From the NCBI RefSeq assembly GCF_018977255.1, contig NW_024704743.1:92382001-92446000 (forward strand): a DNA stretch of 64,000 nt. The letters are read 5' to 3'. Each line of letters opens with the position of its first letter. Within the stretch, counting starts at the first letter, position 1. The stretch comes from Callorhinchus milii (lineage: Eukaryota). A program made the translations under genes and the position numbers. Below are positions 13,253-27,938 of the stretch, in pieces. The notes under the pieces were generated by a model. The model ran no database searches. It saw only the letters and a list, made by a program, of their open reading frames with translations, and was not told the origin of the DNA.

Positions 13253-14455
13253 TAAATCTGAATTCTTTCCTATTCTATCTGAACTGCAATTTTCTAAGCA
13301 GCTGATAGCTCAGTTTATTGGGTTAAATAGAAATGGCACATAACATAAATTACAATAAATTAGGAAATGGACTTGGATAAGGAGTTTCTGCAAATCATTG
13401 TTGTGATGATATGGAGATGAATTGTTCAATGTGAAAATGATGCCATTGCAATAATGTTCAGCGATGCCAATTCTCAGAAGGATAGAATTTGTGATTGCTT
13501 TAGCGTTTTAGTGTACAGCAGCACACCTCTCAGGACAGTGGATTCTCCCATCTACCTCACTTCCAGTTTGTGATTGACACAATCTTGAACCTGATAAGAG
13601 CATAAGAATTGCTAGACGAAAGAAAACCGAGGTCCATCCAGTTCACCTTCCACCATCCTGGCAGTCGCATGAACATATCATGCCCCAAACTATATACTGT
13701 ATCCCAACGTATCATTTATTTCCTAAAATAAATCTATCTAATTGATGTAAGGTACTAACAGGAGCAACCTGGAATTTATTATTTTCTGTAATATTTATTT
13801 ATTTCCATGATTGGGTCTTGCCATCCACAAGAGAGGAGCTTTCGAGCTCATAGTCCAGTTTTCTTTTTCATGCACTTCTCCCACTTCACCACACATATAC
13901 TTGCCATTAACTTTAACTCTTAATGCAAGGAGGTCAACGTGCCAGCTGCAGTTTTGAGACAGATGAGCAGAGAACATTTTCACACTGCTGAAAGATTCTA
14001 TTTGATTTCAACATTTCTGAAAAACTTGACAGCTAATGATATTACTCCTGAGGTGATTAGGAATATCTAATTCAGTCTTTATTCTTTGTTACCATTGTAG
14101 TTATTCCAGGAAATATGATGCACTGTATGTCCCATGTGTTGATACAGGATCTCAATTGGAATATTACCAAAGTCATTTAGAAATAGCAAATTTTGCAAGG
14201 GCCTGGATATGATCTTCCTTATCGCCTCTGCCCAACATATTCAGCATCAGCACACCTCCCGAGGTTACAAACCATTTATCAAACCTGTTACAGGATTATG
14301 CAGCAAGGGTCTAACAATACAAATCACCAAAACTAGTGATCTTATTGATATGTGCTTCTTGTGGAATTTCCTATCATAAACATTTAATGAAAAATGTTAG
14401 CAATCATCACAAGTTTAATCTCAATAACATGATGTAACCTCATGAGTCTGCTATT

Positions 14456-14600
14456 CATAGAATCATAGAATATTACAGCACAGAAAGAGGCCATTTGGCC
14501 CATCATGGCTTTGCTGGCTCTTTGGAAGAGCTACCCAATCAGTCTCATTTCCCTGTTCTTTCCCCATGTGCTTGAAAATTTTTCATTTTCCTATTAAGTG
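14456..14600 (-). mobile_element. CR1 3' end
   Basis: catagaatcatagaa octamer tail followed by acagcacagaaagaggccatttggcccatc. Confidence 0.75.
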
Positions 14601-14954
14601 ACCTTTTAGCTTATAATTCACAATTTAAACAATTCATCCAAAGACTCCTTAGAGAAATTGGGTTTAGCTATGCATAAACATACCAACCTAACATTTCTCA
14701 CCTCTCAATTCCTATTTCAAAATAGTTGAGATATAAATGTTGAGCTTCCGTTTGTCGTGATTCTTTTAGAATCATTATGGAGAATTTAACGGAAAACGTA
14801 ATTTGTTTATTTTTTATATCCTAATTATAGTCATTGATTTAATTGATTCATCATGTCACTAGTCACAGACTGTAGATGACTGTAATGTCAATTAAGCAAT
14901 TGCTGGTTTAATTTGATATCAATAGGAGAATAGTTCATAGGTGGAACATAACCT

Positions 14955-15586
14955 TTCCAGTGAGGTGCTGGGGCATTGTTGGAGATGCCATTCTTTGGAT
15001 AAGATGTTAAACCGAGGTCCAATCTACCTGTTCAGATGGATATTAAAGATCCCATGACACAATTAGAAAAGAAAATGGAGTTTCTCCCAGTGTCTTGGAC
15101 CACAATTGTCCAGATGAATTTGAACACTTATTTCATAGCTGTTTGTGGGGTACTGTATTGCTGTGCCCAAAATTGGCATTCACCTACACAATACACAGTG
15201 ACCACACTTTACAGTAGATCCTGCGATTTTTGGTCAGGGAACTTTGAATAGTGCCATGGAAACTTTAATGTCCATCTGAACAGACAGTTAGGACCTTAGT
15301 TCAAAATTTTATCTGAAACATGTCCAACAATGTAATGCTCTCCCAGCACTGTATTTTTATTAATATTGTTATTATTATCCTTGCATTTGATATAGTGCTT
15401 TTCATGTCTTCTAGACTTCTTAAAGCGCTTCACAGAATATACTGTAAAGTTAATTGATTGTATATTTGTGGGCAAAACGCATTGAAGCCTCAGCCTATAC
15501 TCTGAGTTCAAAGCCCAATGTGGGGCTTGAACCTACAACTTTCTGACTCAGGAACAAGAGTGCTATCAACTGAACAAGCTGACATC
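14955..15586. mobile_element. Inverted pair of old DeuSINE-like SINEs, with a younger SINE tail nested at about 15355-15480
   Basis: Plus copy 14955-15222; minus copy 15225-15586 ending in the head gtgctatcaactgaacaagctgaca. Confidence 0.72.
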
Positions 15587-16017
15587 TTTTCTTCCATTGT
15601 TCTTAATCAAAGTGGATCTCTTCAAGATTGATAAACATCAAACAGGAAAAAATACATTTATTTCATTCCTAATTTTAAGAAAAGGTGCAGTCCTTTTACT
15701 GTGACCCATATGTGGTGATCTTAAAACGTAAAAACCTAAATTGAGCATTTTGATTACTCCATAAATGTTTAAAACAAAGTGAATTTATAAATTTGTAAGC
15801 CTCTTAAAGTTTGTAAAATATATCAGGAGTCACAGACACTTCCACTCTCTCAATCTAGCTTCTGTTTAGATCCAACAGTCATTTATTGGAATACCTCAAA
15901 TCACTCCCAGTTTGTGGTCACACAATCAATTGCACAAATTGAATGAAGAGTGACTTTGAAGCAACTGCCCTGAAAGGCAACTTTTACTCCACCAATTAGT
16001 AAGAGGAACGAGGGGGA

Positions 16018-16310
16018 AACCAGGAACAGGAGGAGGCCATTCAGACCATCAAGTCTGTTCCACCAGTTTATTAGATCTTGGCAGATCTTTTAACTTTAAT
16101 GCTCTGCCCTTTCACCATACCCATTATTACCTCTTATACCTATTAATACTTCTAATACCTTGCCTATCCCTCTATTGAACATCCCTATTGATTCCAACTC
16201 TACATCTTTCAGGGGAAAACCATTCCATATCTTTACACCATCTGGATGAAGAAATGCTTCTCAATCTCAGTTCTAAGTGTCTGAGTTCTGATTTTAAGGC
16301 TATGCCTACT
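16018..16310 (-). mobile_element. CR1 3' remnant
   Basis: aggaacaggaggaggccattcagaccatcaagtctgttccacca matches the CR1 end at 43715. Confidence 0.65.
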
Positions 16311-17791
16311 TTAAGGCTAATTATTGCTGAATGATTCAAAACAGGAAAAGCTGTGACAAAATATTTAGTTGGAGAACAGCAGGAGAATACAAATTTCCCA
16401 GAACAAAACCAATCTGCTATGCAAAGTGGGAATATTCTGTACTCTGCATCTTCCCTATAATTATTATTCACGCTAACTACTTTGTTCTTGCATTGATTGA
16501 CTGTGAAGGAACTGACACAAAAACTCACAGATTTTTCTTCTTTTCTTTTTTTCATTCCAAACAAGCTCATGGGTAAGAATAATGTGGTTTTGATGTTCTT
16601 ACACTTCTGTGTATTTAAAACTTAAACATTGGAGTGAATAAGAGCTGTCAGTGTTAAATTAATGCTAATTAAATGGGGAATACGCTTTAGTTTGGATATT
16701 CCCCATTCAATAACTTCCAATTAAAATACTTCTTATGTTTAATGTTTACTTTAATATGTCTTACACTGAGCTCTTGTCCTCCGAATGTCTTTTAACATTC
16801 AGAAAGTGGTGGCTTTGTAGGATTGTTTTTGACATAAATGCCACACCTCCGTGAAATGGCATCAAAGGTGAAGTACACTGGGAGAAATTGAAAAAAAATC
16901 TTTTGAAGTAAATGCTGTGGATGATAGCAAGATAGCTTTCTTTTAAGTTGCCTGGTATTATGAAATTGACTCGACATGACAGGAAGGAAATGGATGGGAT
17001 CGTAAAAGTCACCTGAAACCACAAGCTACTCACAAAACCATTGCACTTTTAATTCAAGCATTTGACCTCCCTTCAGGAGTAATTGAGAAAAATTATATTG
17101 AACTCTCTCCTGTCTTTCAGAGTTACAGAAAAGGTTCTTCTCAAAGCAATCACTAGTTTCTGATATTTTATAACCATTTGCATCACTAAAAGTACAATCT
17201 TGTTGCTGGTTATTAAAATGAGACGCTCGGGGAGTATTGAAGCACTTGAAGTTGTTCGCTAAGTGGGCCTGTGCTCTGAGCTCATTATCTGCTCTCTTTG
17301 ATCCTGGTTGTATAATCAAGGAGTGATGTATCCATATTCCTGGTAATCCCAGAAGTCAATGCACAGTGATTTGTTTTAATGGAGCTGGGTTTCTGCTTAA
17401 GCACTGTATGTACCTGAATCCTAAAGCCACTGCCTGAATGCCTGAATTATCATAAAGCTAGGATTTTAATATTAGCTTCAACATCATCCTCTATGCTGCA
17501 ATGCATAATGTTCAAATAAAAACACACAGAGGCTTATGAGTATGTCCAATCCACCAATACGCTAGAATATAGAATATAGAATCAATTGAGATATTGAAAA
17601 GAGATATATACACATGGGAATTAAGCATATGAAGGGATATATAGAAAAATCAGGGAATCAAGATGAAAAAATCCACCACTGTCTAATAACAGGCTGATTG
17701 TCCAACTCCTGCTCCTACGCTTCTAAGAGAAATCACACAGAACACCACTTGTCTAGGAACATTAGGATTTTGGCTCCTAGGGTTAAGGGCA

Positions 17792-20102
17792 CCTCCAAGC
17801 CTCATCATCCTAGGCGACTTCAACCTCCACTTCAGCCCCTCCTGCTCTACCTCCTCAGACATCTCCTCTCTCCTCTCCTTTCTCAACCTCTCCCTCCACA
17901 TATACTCTGCTACCCACATCCATGGTCAACCGCTCGACCTGGTGTTCACCCGGGGCCTCAGCATCTTGGATGTCACTACCACTGACAAGGTCATCTCTGA
18001 CCACCATTTCATCTCCCTCAACTCGCATGTTCCTCTGCCCACTGCCTCCAAACTTACCATCATATTCTACCGCCCATGAAAGAAGTTCTCCCCGCAGTCC
18101 CTCTCCGCAGTCCCTCAAATTCGGCCTAACGATCCACTGCCACATCTGGCTGGACCTCATCAAAACCTACCTTTCGCCTCGGCCAAATCATCCTTCTATT
18201 CCAGGTTAATCCTGGAGGCGAAGGGCAACCCCAGGCTCCTGTTCTCCACCACCAAGCGGCTCCTCCTCCCTCCCTGCCACGCCTCGCAGATTCTTTCCTC
18301 TGACTCTACTTCCTTGAGTCCAAAATCAAGGGAATGCACTCAGCTGCCACTGCCCTCCCAACTTCCACCCCCAACCTACCCCACCCCACACTCCGAGAAC
18401 TACCCATCTCTCCTTCCATGCCTATCAACCTGTCAACCCCTCCTTTGTCTTCACCACCATATCCTTCATGAAGCCCACCACCTGCTCCCTGGACCCCATC
18501 TAAACCTCTCTCCTTAAATCCCAGCTCCATCTCCTTGCCCCACTACTTTCTGACATCATCAACCTCTCCCTGTCATCTGGCACTGTTCCTACTTCCCTCA
18601 AAACAACCATTACCACCTCCACTTTGAAGAAACCTTCCCTTGACCCATCACAGCTATCTAGCTACTGGCCCATCTCAAACCTCCCTTTCTAAGGTCCTTG
18701 AGAGAGCCATTGCCTCCCAGCTTCACTCTTTCCTCTCCTCCCACTCCCCCCACGAACCTCTGCAATTGGGTATCCATACTTCCCACAGCGTGGAAAACTG
18801 CCCTGGTCAAGGTCACAAACAACATCCTGATCTTGTGCGACCAGGGCTCCCTCTGCCTCCTCGTCCTCCTCGACCTCTCCGCTGCCTTTGACACTGTAGA
18901 CCATTCAATCCGCCTCCACCGCCTCTCCTCCCACTTCAACCTTCAAGGTTCTGTCCTTGACTGGTTCAGGTCCTACCTTTCACATTGCCTTGACTTCGTC
19001 ACAGCTAACAACGTCTTGTGTGGTGTTCCTCAGGGCTCTGTCCTCAGTCCTCTCCTTTTCACCCTCTACATGCTCCCTCTTGGTGACATCATCCGCAGAC
19101 ATGGAATAAATTTCCACATGTATGCGGATGACAACCAACTCTATCTCTCTGCCTCCACCCTAAATTCCAGGACTAATGGCATCCTGACTGACTGCCTGTC
19201 CGACATCAAGTCCTGGACGAGGTACAACTTTCTCCAACTCAACTTTAGCAAGACCGAGGCCCTCCTGATTGGCTCGTGCCTGCGCCTCCGCACCTCAGGC
19301 GCTGGCAGCATCAGCCTCCATGGCTGCACACTCAACCTCACTAAGCCAGTCAGGAACCTGGGTGTCTTGTTTGACCCTGAAATGTCCTTTCTCCTCCACA
19401 TCCGCACCATGACTGGCACTGCCTACCACCACCTCCGCAACATTGCCAGACTCCACCACTGCCTCACCCCTCAGGCTGTCGAAACCCTTATCCATGCATT
19501 TGTCACATCAAGGCTCGATTACAGAATCTCCCTCCTCATCGGCCTTCCCAACTCTTCCCTTCATAGGCTGCAGATCATCCAAAACTCTGCAGCTCGTGTA
19601 TTCTCGTGCACTAGGCTCCGTGACTCCATCACTCCCACCCTTGCCCGACTCCACTGGCTCCCCATCCCCCAGAGGATTGAGTTCAAGTTCCTCTTCCTCA
19701 CTTTGAAGGCCTTGTCGTTGCCCCCTCCTACCTCTCTGACTTGCTGACTCCCTACCAACCTGCCCGTTTCCTCCGTTCAGTGGGCTCCGGTCTGCTCCAT
19801 TCTCCTGCCTCACCCGCCCTACCATTGGTGGCCGGGCTTTCAGCCTCTCTGCCCCCACACTCTGGAACTCCATCCCACAGTCCCTTTTCCTCGCTTCCTC
19901 CCTTGCCTCCTTCAAAGCCGGACTCAAGACCCTTCTCTTCGATTGTGCCTTTGGTCTCCCTCCCACCTCTCGGCCTTCCCTCACCCCTACACCACCATCT
20001 CCCCCATGCTCGGGTCCCTACACCTAATAGTTCAGCGCTTTGGGACGTCCTCCCGTCGTGAAAGGTGCTCTATAAATGTAATTTTGTTGTTGGTGTTGTT
20101 GT
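17792..20102 (+). mobile_element. L2 LINE, 5'-truncated, with internal deletions and frameshifts
   Basis: End of APE (ILGDFNLH, SDHHFI); 349-aa ORF 18698-19747 with [21 protein letters not shown] and YADD; 3' stem-loop and gttgttggtgttgtt tail. Confidence 0.95.
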
Positions 20103-20184
20103 CATTAATAAAATAAACAGGTTGGTGAACCACCAACAATTAATGGATTACTGCAGCCGACTGACTCTTATGAGATCACAAGAG

Positions 20185-20750
20185 AGGTTTAGATGAAGAA
20201 GGCCCTTCGGCTCATTTGATCTCATCCCCCCAGAACACCTAGCCTACAACATCAAGCTATTTTTCAAATGAGTTGAGCCTGGTAACCTGTTTCACTTGTT
20301 ATTTACCATCTGGGTAAATACATGCTTCCTGGTGTCTGTCCTGAAATTGACCTTTGCCCTCAATTGCCAAAATCCTGTTATCCTCTTGTTCTGTTATCTT
20401 AGGACATCTAACAGTATTGCTCTGGATTTAATTTTTCAACCCCATTTAAAATTTGTATGCATCTTATAACGTAGTTTTTTAAGAATGAAAACTCCTAATT
20501 TGTCCAATTGATGCTAATAGCTCATTCCTCTAACACTAAGGATAATCTTTTTTGCTCTCCACTGCACTTTTTCTAGGACCTGGACAGTCCTCTTATTTCC
20601 CAGTGACTAGAACTATATGTAATACACAAGGTGCAGTTTGATCAGAGCACTATATAGTTTGACGGAGACTTTTGTAGCTCTGGACATAGCTTGAATATGA
20701 CTGCCAGGCTATATTGCCCAGCATCCTGTTTACATTTTTTATTGCTGATT
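20185..20750 (-). mobile_element. Old CR1-like LINE 3' remnant
   Basis: agatgaagaaggcccttcggctcatttgatctca recurs at 52309 and 61562; the downstream text is CR1-like. Confidence 0.55.
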
Positions 20751-23700
20751 CTCGTTTGGAGTAGAAATTCCACCTGGGTCTAGACCATATTTATGTAGCA
20801 TTTCAGAATGTCCATGGCAAATTTGTAAATACTGCCTTAAACTAGAATTGTTTCGTTTGTAAGTTATTTTAAGAACTATAAAAACCCAGTTCCCACTCCT
20901 GATCCGTATTCAGGACTCTTGTTAGAGATGATTGGTGTGGACTCTGCTATGTTCTCTGGTTGACTAGTCTGCTAATAATAAGTTTACACTTGAGGAATTG
21001 CCACTGGGTTGAGTGTATACTCCAGGCAAACTTTCACTGGATTACGCTAATGAAAGATCTTTTCCCGTTTGATAAATCTCCATCTGAAAAAGTAGTTTAA
21101 AAGCATTGCTGTCAATTGTAGGAATCACATCAATTTACCTTGTTAAGGCCTTGTCATTAAAGAAGCAGTCATCCAAAAACCCAGAGCGAAGTCTCATCAT
21201 CAGGAGTGTTAGTGATGACAGTGAACTGGCATTAGATGGATTATCAAGGGGAAATTATGGTGAAGGAGCAATGGCTGTTAACTATTATTTTGTTGGCTGG
21301 TTCTTCTTTCTGACTGAAGAGAAATGATTATGTGTTTTTTTGTCGTTCGAGTTACTGTCATTCTTGACACTACCCGAGTGAAGGGCCCTATATAAATCCA
21401 AAATGCTTTTGTTGTTGAATTTCCGAGAGGTTTCAAATATAGACAAAATATGGGGAAGCAACCTGACAAGAGTTTATACCCTGGAGCACACACTTGAACA
21501 GCAATCAGCAGCATTTCCATCACAAACACTCGCACCTAGTCTCATGGGAAAGAAATAAGTGTGATCTCATGTGATGATAATCACCAGTGATAATTATTAC
21601 AAGGACAAAATATTTGTTTTTACTTGTCCTTTAACCTTCAGGTTCGGTATTGTCTCAACCCCTCAATCTTTGTCTCAATCCCTCCATTTATGCCCCCTGC
21701 CACCTGTCTTCAGATCATACCTAAAGACCTTCTTCTTTGATCGTGCCTTTGGTCACCTTCCCTCTTTCCCTGGCTTAGCATCAAGGTCTAAGATGCCAAC
21801 CCATGTGAAGGGTGCTATATAAATGCATGTTGTTATATTATCACAGCACATAACACAGATTTCTGCTCCCCTCATCTTTTCACTCTTTCCAATGTTGCTA
21901 AGTATATTCCTAATAAGATAGATTGAAAATTTATATAAATTACAATTGAGAAACAGCCAGAAGCCAGGTTAAAAGATGCCTTGAAGTGGTATTCCTGATC
22001 AATTTTACTGTGATTTATTCTCATCCCTGTAGAAGGTAATGCTTTCTAAATCCGTAATTACTTCTGAAATGTTACACACTACCATTTGAACTCATGTCTG
22101 ATTGTCTGCGCGAGACACGTTGTACAACAATGTAGCTACTACTGTGTCATTTCCCTTTGTAGACAACACAAATAAACTAATCCTGAGCAGATCCAATCTG
22201 CATGACTATGAATTGAGTTGTGCAGAATCCTGTGCACAACACAGGATTTGCAAGACTGTGAACTTGGAGCAGGCTGCTATGGTGGGCTTATTAATTTCTG
22301 ATTGCAGAGGTTGAACGGTCCTGTTTAACTCCATTACTCCATTCTGTGCTGCACATTTTGGAGCTGTAATGCCAAAAGCAGTTTGAATCCTTCCCAATAG
22401 GACATAAGGTTTATGGTTCACATAATTCATCCACATTACTTTGTGGAAGCGTATGGACTGTAACAAATAACCTAAGGGATGTTATGGGATACATTGCAGT
22501 ACTCATGAGCTCTGTCATGGTTAAATGTTTGTTTCTCAATGCGTATTCTGGTTGTGACTCAGGTTGTTATTTTATTTCAAGATTCTTGAAGCTGTCGCTT
22601 CTTTTGGGCGGTTTCTATGAGTGCTGTAAGTGTATTACATATGTTCAGAAAGTGCAGACATTTTTACTTTAGGCGAAACAATCCTCTGAGGAATGTGAGA
22701 ATGTCTCTTTTTCAGTTGGGCCGTGACCATTGAAGCACAAAGATTTATGATAGGAAAGAGAATAGGAAGCTTCAGACACAGGTTTCCACACTCACAAAGT
22801 TGACTGCAGTGTGACATGGCTCCTCTCCTGGAGACAAATTGTGACTGCGAGAAGGAGGAATTTAGTGACAACCTGGGGACAAGTTTACTCCCTGGAAAGG
22901 AAAAGCTACAGAACTCGATCTTACTCCAAACCCCTCCCCGACTTCTTTTTTCAAATCCAAGTGATCTACGATATATGGATTCCAAGAGAGATATTTGTGA
23001 TGTGCAGCCATCACCTTAAATTCCTCTTAAGTTTCACTGTTTAAGGGACTAAACCATCACGTAACTCAAGTAGCCTTGGACCAATTAGAAAAATCATATG
23101 TCTGGCTGGGGAGAACGTGAATTTTACATTGCTTTGCCAGCTAATGGCCAACAAATAATTCTTTCATTTGCCGTAGTGCCTTATCATGGTGCCAAAACAT
23201 CTCAAAGCACTTCACCAGATTTACTGTAAAGTGTAGCGATTGTGTATTTTGTAGGTGAATGTAACAGCCAGTTTATGCACAGCAATGTCTCACAAATCTG
23301 GTGAATGATCAATTTTTAACCTGGGGATTGTTGGGCTGGATACCAGAAAAACTGTCATTTCTTTCTGTCCCTTTGTTTTAGGAGCCTTTGCTCTATCAAT
23401 TAGCTGTCAATGACTTGTAGCTATGGGCCTGTGCTGAGCAATCAAAGTTATTGGACCTGTGGCTTGTTTCTCATGTCTCTTTCATATATTGCATACATCC
23501 TGCACACTTTCCAACATGTGGGTTAAGTTCCTTCAACTATACTTGGGCTAAATACTTGCTTTTGGCATGGAAACAAGTGTAAAATGCTAGACAATTATCA
23601 TATGCAAGTATTGACAATTAATAGTCATACAACTACCTGAAAGTATTGCTAGGCTGGTAGGTGGAACCACAAGTCTGGTTTTACATGGTGCAGGTCTTAC

Positions 23701-24742
23701 TCATCATCTACTAACACATCATGCCTGTAGTAATGGGATTTGGGTCCCCTGATTCCTACCTATCTCCTTTAATATTTAACATGTATTTATTTCCTCTAAT
23801 AGAATTTCAACAGTTGTCTAGAAATGCAAATCATGTGAAAATATAAAGAAAATCTGCCAGCAGCTAATAATCATTTTAAAATAAACAAATTTAAAAGGAA
23901 TTAATTGCTATGATATAAGCAGGATATCACGGCACTAAACTATATTATACCAAGTATTTTATTTCTGTAACAGACTGTTATCAAGCACTCATGGCTGTAG
24001 CACCCATGAACATCTTGTAATTTTTTTTTACTGAAGTAATAATGTGTTATCTGTGCAAAGAGGTTTTATTTCAAACAAATATTGAACAGAAATGGACAAT
24101 GATGCTGTCTGATACAGGTGTCCTGGAAAGGAATGATCAACAATAATAGATAATCAAAGATTTTCTTCCTGGTTCTGAAATCTGACCTGGAGATCTTAGG
24201 TTCTACTTCAGTAAGTCCAGCAAGCATTTGTTATTGTCGAGTCAACAGAGCTGGCTGCTGCCATGGCCCAGAGCTGAATTCAACATGCACATTTCCTTCC
24301 ACTTATCTCTGCCAGTTGTCCTAAAGATTAAAGCATTTGCAGTCAATGTTGTTAAGTAAACTGTCAATCACACAGTGTAAGTCAGACACTGTATTTATTT
24401 GCAGGTTAGCTGGGAGTCTGACACGCATGCAAACCCTTCTCCATGATTAAGAGCATGAGGGTGAAGTTTGTGGTCCACGTGATATTCATCACATCAAATA
24501 GGCTTAAAGCCAACCCCCACCAACCTCCATTCTTGATGGTTAAGTCAATGAAACCAGTGTTGAACTTCCAACTCTCCTCCCAGTGCTAGCTGTGGGGGTG
24601 GGGGAGGGTTGCATCTTTGTTCAGTGAAATGCTGTAATCTTGATAACTCATCAGTTGAAGGCCAACAGGTGGAAATCCAAACTGCATTCTCCATCGTCAT
24701 CACTGAGAATGGCGGAGAAAGATCCACCTCTGGTTTATTATG

Positions 24743-25130
24743 TGTCAGCCTGGCTCAGTTGGTAGCACTCTTGCCTCTGATTTAGAAGGTTGTGGTTCAA
24801 ACCCCACATCAAGACTTGAACTTACGTAGTCTAAGCTGACTCTCAGTTGCCATCCTTTGAATGAAATGTTAAACCGAGGTTCTGTTTGCCTTTGTTCTAG
24901 TGGATGTTAAACATCCCATGGTATGACTCAACATGAGAAGAGAGTTTGTCCTGGTGTCCTAGTCAACAATCCCCCAAATTAAATTGCTGTTAATTTCATG
25001 TCTGTTTGTGGGTCATTGCTGTAACCACTGGGTCATGTCCCATTCACTTCCAATTACATAGTCACTCCACTTTACAATAAACCCCATGAAGTGCTTTGGG
25101 ATGTCCTTCTGATGTGAAAGGCACAATACC
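24743..25130 (+). mobile_element. Old DeuSINE/SacSINE1-like SINE, near full length
   Basis: A box tggctcagttgg, B box ggttcaaacc, core gttaaaccgagg..atcccatgg, L2-type tail gtgctttgggatgtccttctgatgtgaaaggc. Confidence 0.78.
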
Positions 25131-25639
25131 TAATTTCTAGGAATACTTTTATCATAATTATTCAATGTAATTTACACAGACTACAAATTTAACCACAGAA
25201 TTCCTTTGCCCGATTGTACTGACCCTCCCTGGGGTGTACCCCGCTTGTCTATGCCTGTAGAGTACAGATACAGGTTGGCAAAAGTTGTATTATTGGGGTA
25301 AATAAGGTGTGAATACCGGTGCACATGGTTCAAAAAGAAAGGCATTCGCCAGTGATAGGAAAACAATGTCAAGGCAGTTGATGACTTATGGTAAAAAAAT
25401 TAGGAGAGAGATTAGGAGGAATCTCTGCACTCGAGGGTTGTTTGGGTTTGCAATTCATTATCAAAAGTTGCTATTGAAGGTGAATTAACTGGGCAACTAT
25501 CTGCGTCGTGAAAACATTAAGGAATATGGAGATAGAGCTAGAAATGGAATTTACAAAACAAAGGGAATTTAGAATAGCAGAAAGCAGTGGCATGAAGATA
25601 ATGGCCCCCCTCAGAGCAGACAAACAACAATGCTGAACA

Positions 25640-25862
25640 TCAACAACTTGCATTTATATAGCGCCCTTCACGTGGGGTAGCATCTTGGAGTGCTAAACAG
25701 TGGCAGAGCCTTACACTGAGCCAGGGAGAGGTGACTGTAAGCAAGGTCGAAGAGATGAGTCTTCATGAGTGATCTGAATAAGGGAAAGGTGGGGATAAAT
25801 TGGAGGGATTGAGGGAAAGAGGGAAAGAATTCCAAAGTTACAGGGTGTAGTGGCTGCAGCCA
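25640..25862 (-). mobile_element. Old L2 3' fragment
   Basis: FRSLMKTHLFDLAY C-terminus; tail of the same type as 7237-7291. Confidence 0.75.
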
Positions 25863-27536
25863 ATATGTATGCATGAGCTTTCAACTCATTCTCATATGAA
25901 GCTGCTTTTAGGAACATAGGAAGACATTCTGTCCACAGTGATATCCCTGCCATTAGCCAGGCAATGCAGTGCAGTTTCTCCCAATGGTCTGCTTCATTAA
26001 GGTCTTCTGTTTGCCTTCCAGAAGCGTTATCGACCTCCATGTAGATAAATCCCTACAGATGTCGACACACAGTGACAAATTGCCGTAAGTATATGTTGGC
26101 TATTTTTAGAGGCTGGGGTATTTTGATGTTATGCAGCATAGACTGGAGCTGAATCTGTTTGGGTTCTTGATTTTGGAAAAACATCCTTATTACTACTCTT
26201 GAGATAAAAGTAATGGTTTCCTTCTCCCACAAGCCTCAAATGAATTGATCCTTCAATTCAAAAGTTAGAAAATCTGGTCTGTGTAATCAGTCATAGCCGA
26301 CAGCCTAAATCCTTGAGACGGCAAACATCTGGGACATTAATGACTTGACACAACTCAAGCTAAATAGTTGTGACAGTGACGACATTCCCACAAGCCTATC
26401 TGCAGGAGTTAAGTCTGAGACATAAAAGACTGCACTGGCATCTTGCTCAGAAAGAAAATAATGTGTGCAGAAGGAATTTTACATTAACCGAATTTCCAAC
26501 CTCACCTGAATAGTTTAATCCTGTACAAGCAGAAGAGCAACATTAGCAGTTTGTAACAGCCATAGTCAAATAGCCAAAAAACAACCTAGCCCCCCAAAAT
26601 TATAATAATTTAGTCACTCAATCCACGACTGTTGTGGGACCCTGCAGTATGTAATTATCTGCTGCATTTTGGCCACAGATTATATAATCAATTCACTTTA
26701 GAGCACTCGCCTCACTCAGAATTGTGAATAATTCTTAAAATAAGTCTTTATTTGGAAGACAGTTCTTTTTATGAATTGCAGAAAAAATGAATTTAAGAAT
26801 TTTGCACATTTTGGCATTCGCTCACACAACATACAGTCACTCCGCTTTACAATATATCCTGTGAAGCTCTTTGGGACATTCTCCCAATGTGAAAAGGATT
26901 ATTATTATTATTTTAAAACAAGGTGAAGACTAGATGGAATGTTAAGCCTCAGAAGTCCTATTTCATCTCATTCAGATTGTCCCTGAAACATCAGGAAAAA
27001 TGATGATGGCAACTTGGAAACTGCTTGCAGACAAATCTCAGAGTTTAGTATTTTTTACAGCATTGTTAATGCGCTATAGAAAGCGTACTCTGTTTCAGAA
27101 GCATTTACTTTGGCTTCTGCACATTCAAGCATGTTAGTGACTTGATAATTCAAATATATTCATATACAAAAACTGTCACATTTGTAAAACTACTGGACAC
27201 AAAAGCACAGCACACAACAATTTATGTGCTGTGCAAGATTAAAAAAGATTTTTTTTAACAGAAATTCCAGATTTAATAATGCATATATTACTGTCAGCAA
27301 GAAAATAATGCACATAAAACACATTGGGACGATGCTGTAACTTTCATCACTTATTACTGGAGGAAGTATTTCTAAATAAACTATACTGAAAATATAATAA
27401 TAAACGTGACAACGGAGTAAAAATATGAGGTATGTGAAGTGATAGTTAACATATCAAAGGCTCAAAATTACACATCTTAGCCTGGAAGAGCATTTCATCA
27501 AAAAATTTAAGACATCACAAAAATGTGCAAAGTTAT

Positions 27537-27938
27537 ATAATAATAATAATCCTTGCATTTGATGTATCGCTTTATCATTTCTTCGAGATCTCTAAAGCAC
27601 TTCACAGAATATACTGTAAAGTGAATTGACTGTATATTTTGTGGGCAAAACACAGCAGCCAATTGCGCACACAAATAGTCGTGGATTGAATGACCAATTT
27701 TTTGTTTTTGAAGGAATTATTTCCTCCGGAAAAGCGATCCTCCAATCGACTAACAACAACAACAACAAGATTAGATTTGTATAGCGCCCTTCACGTCGTG
27801 AGGACGTCCCAAGGCGCTGAAACAACTGCTAGATAAACCGAGGCGTATGGAGTAAGGAAACTTGCCCAACAATTCGCCCTGCCGGGAATCAAACCCAGGT
27901 CTCTCACTTGCTTTAATTGCTGAGCTACATGACTCCAG
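27537..27938 (-). mobile_element. tRNA(Ala)-headed SINE, older form, with an L2 tail stub nested at 27752-27820
   Basis: Head ggagtcatgtagctcag..gggtttgattccc on the minus strand; (TAA)n tail; nested aacaacaac..agcgcccttcacgtcgtgaggacgtccc. Confidence 0.8.

Noticed and set aside
16792..17319. Two in-frame minus-strand ORFs separated by a single TAG (readthrough or pseudogene?)
   Set aside because: No recognisable domain, non-ATG starts, and no supporting splice structure; consistent with chance.
22816..23019. 67-aa ORF MAPLLETNCD..
   Set aside because: In-frame stop just upstream, no recognised homology, and no linked exons.
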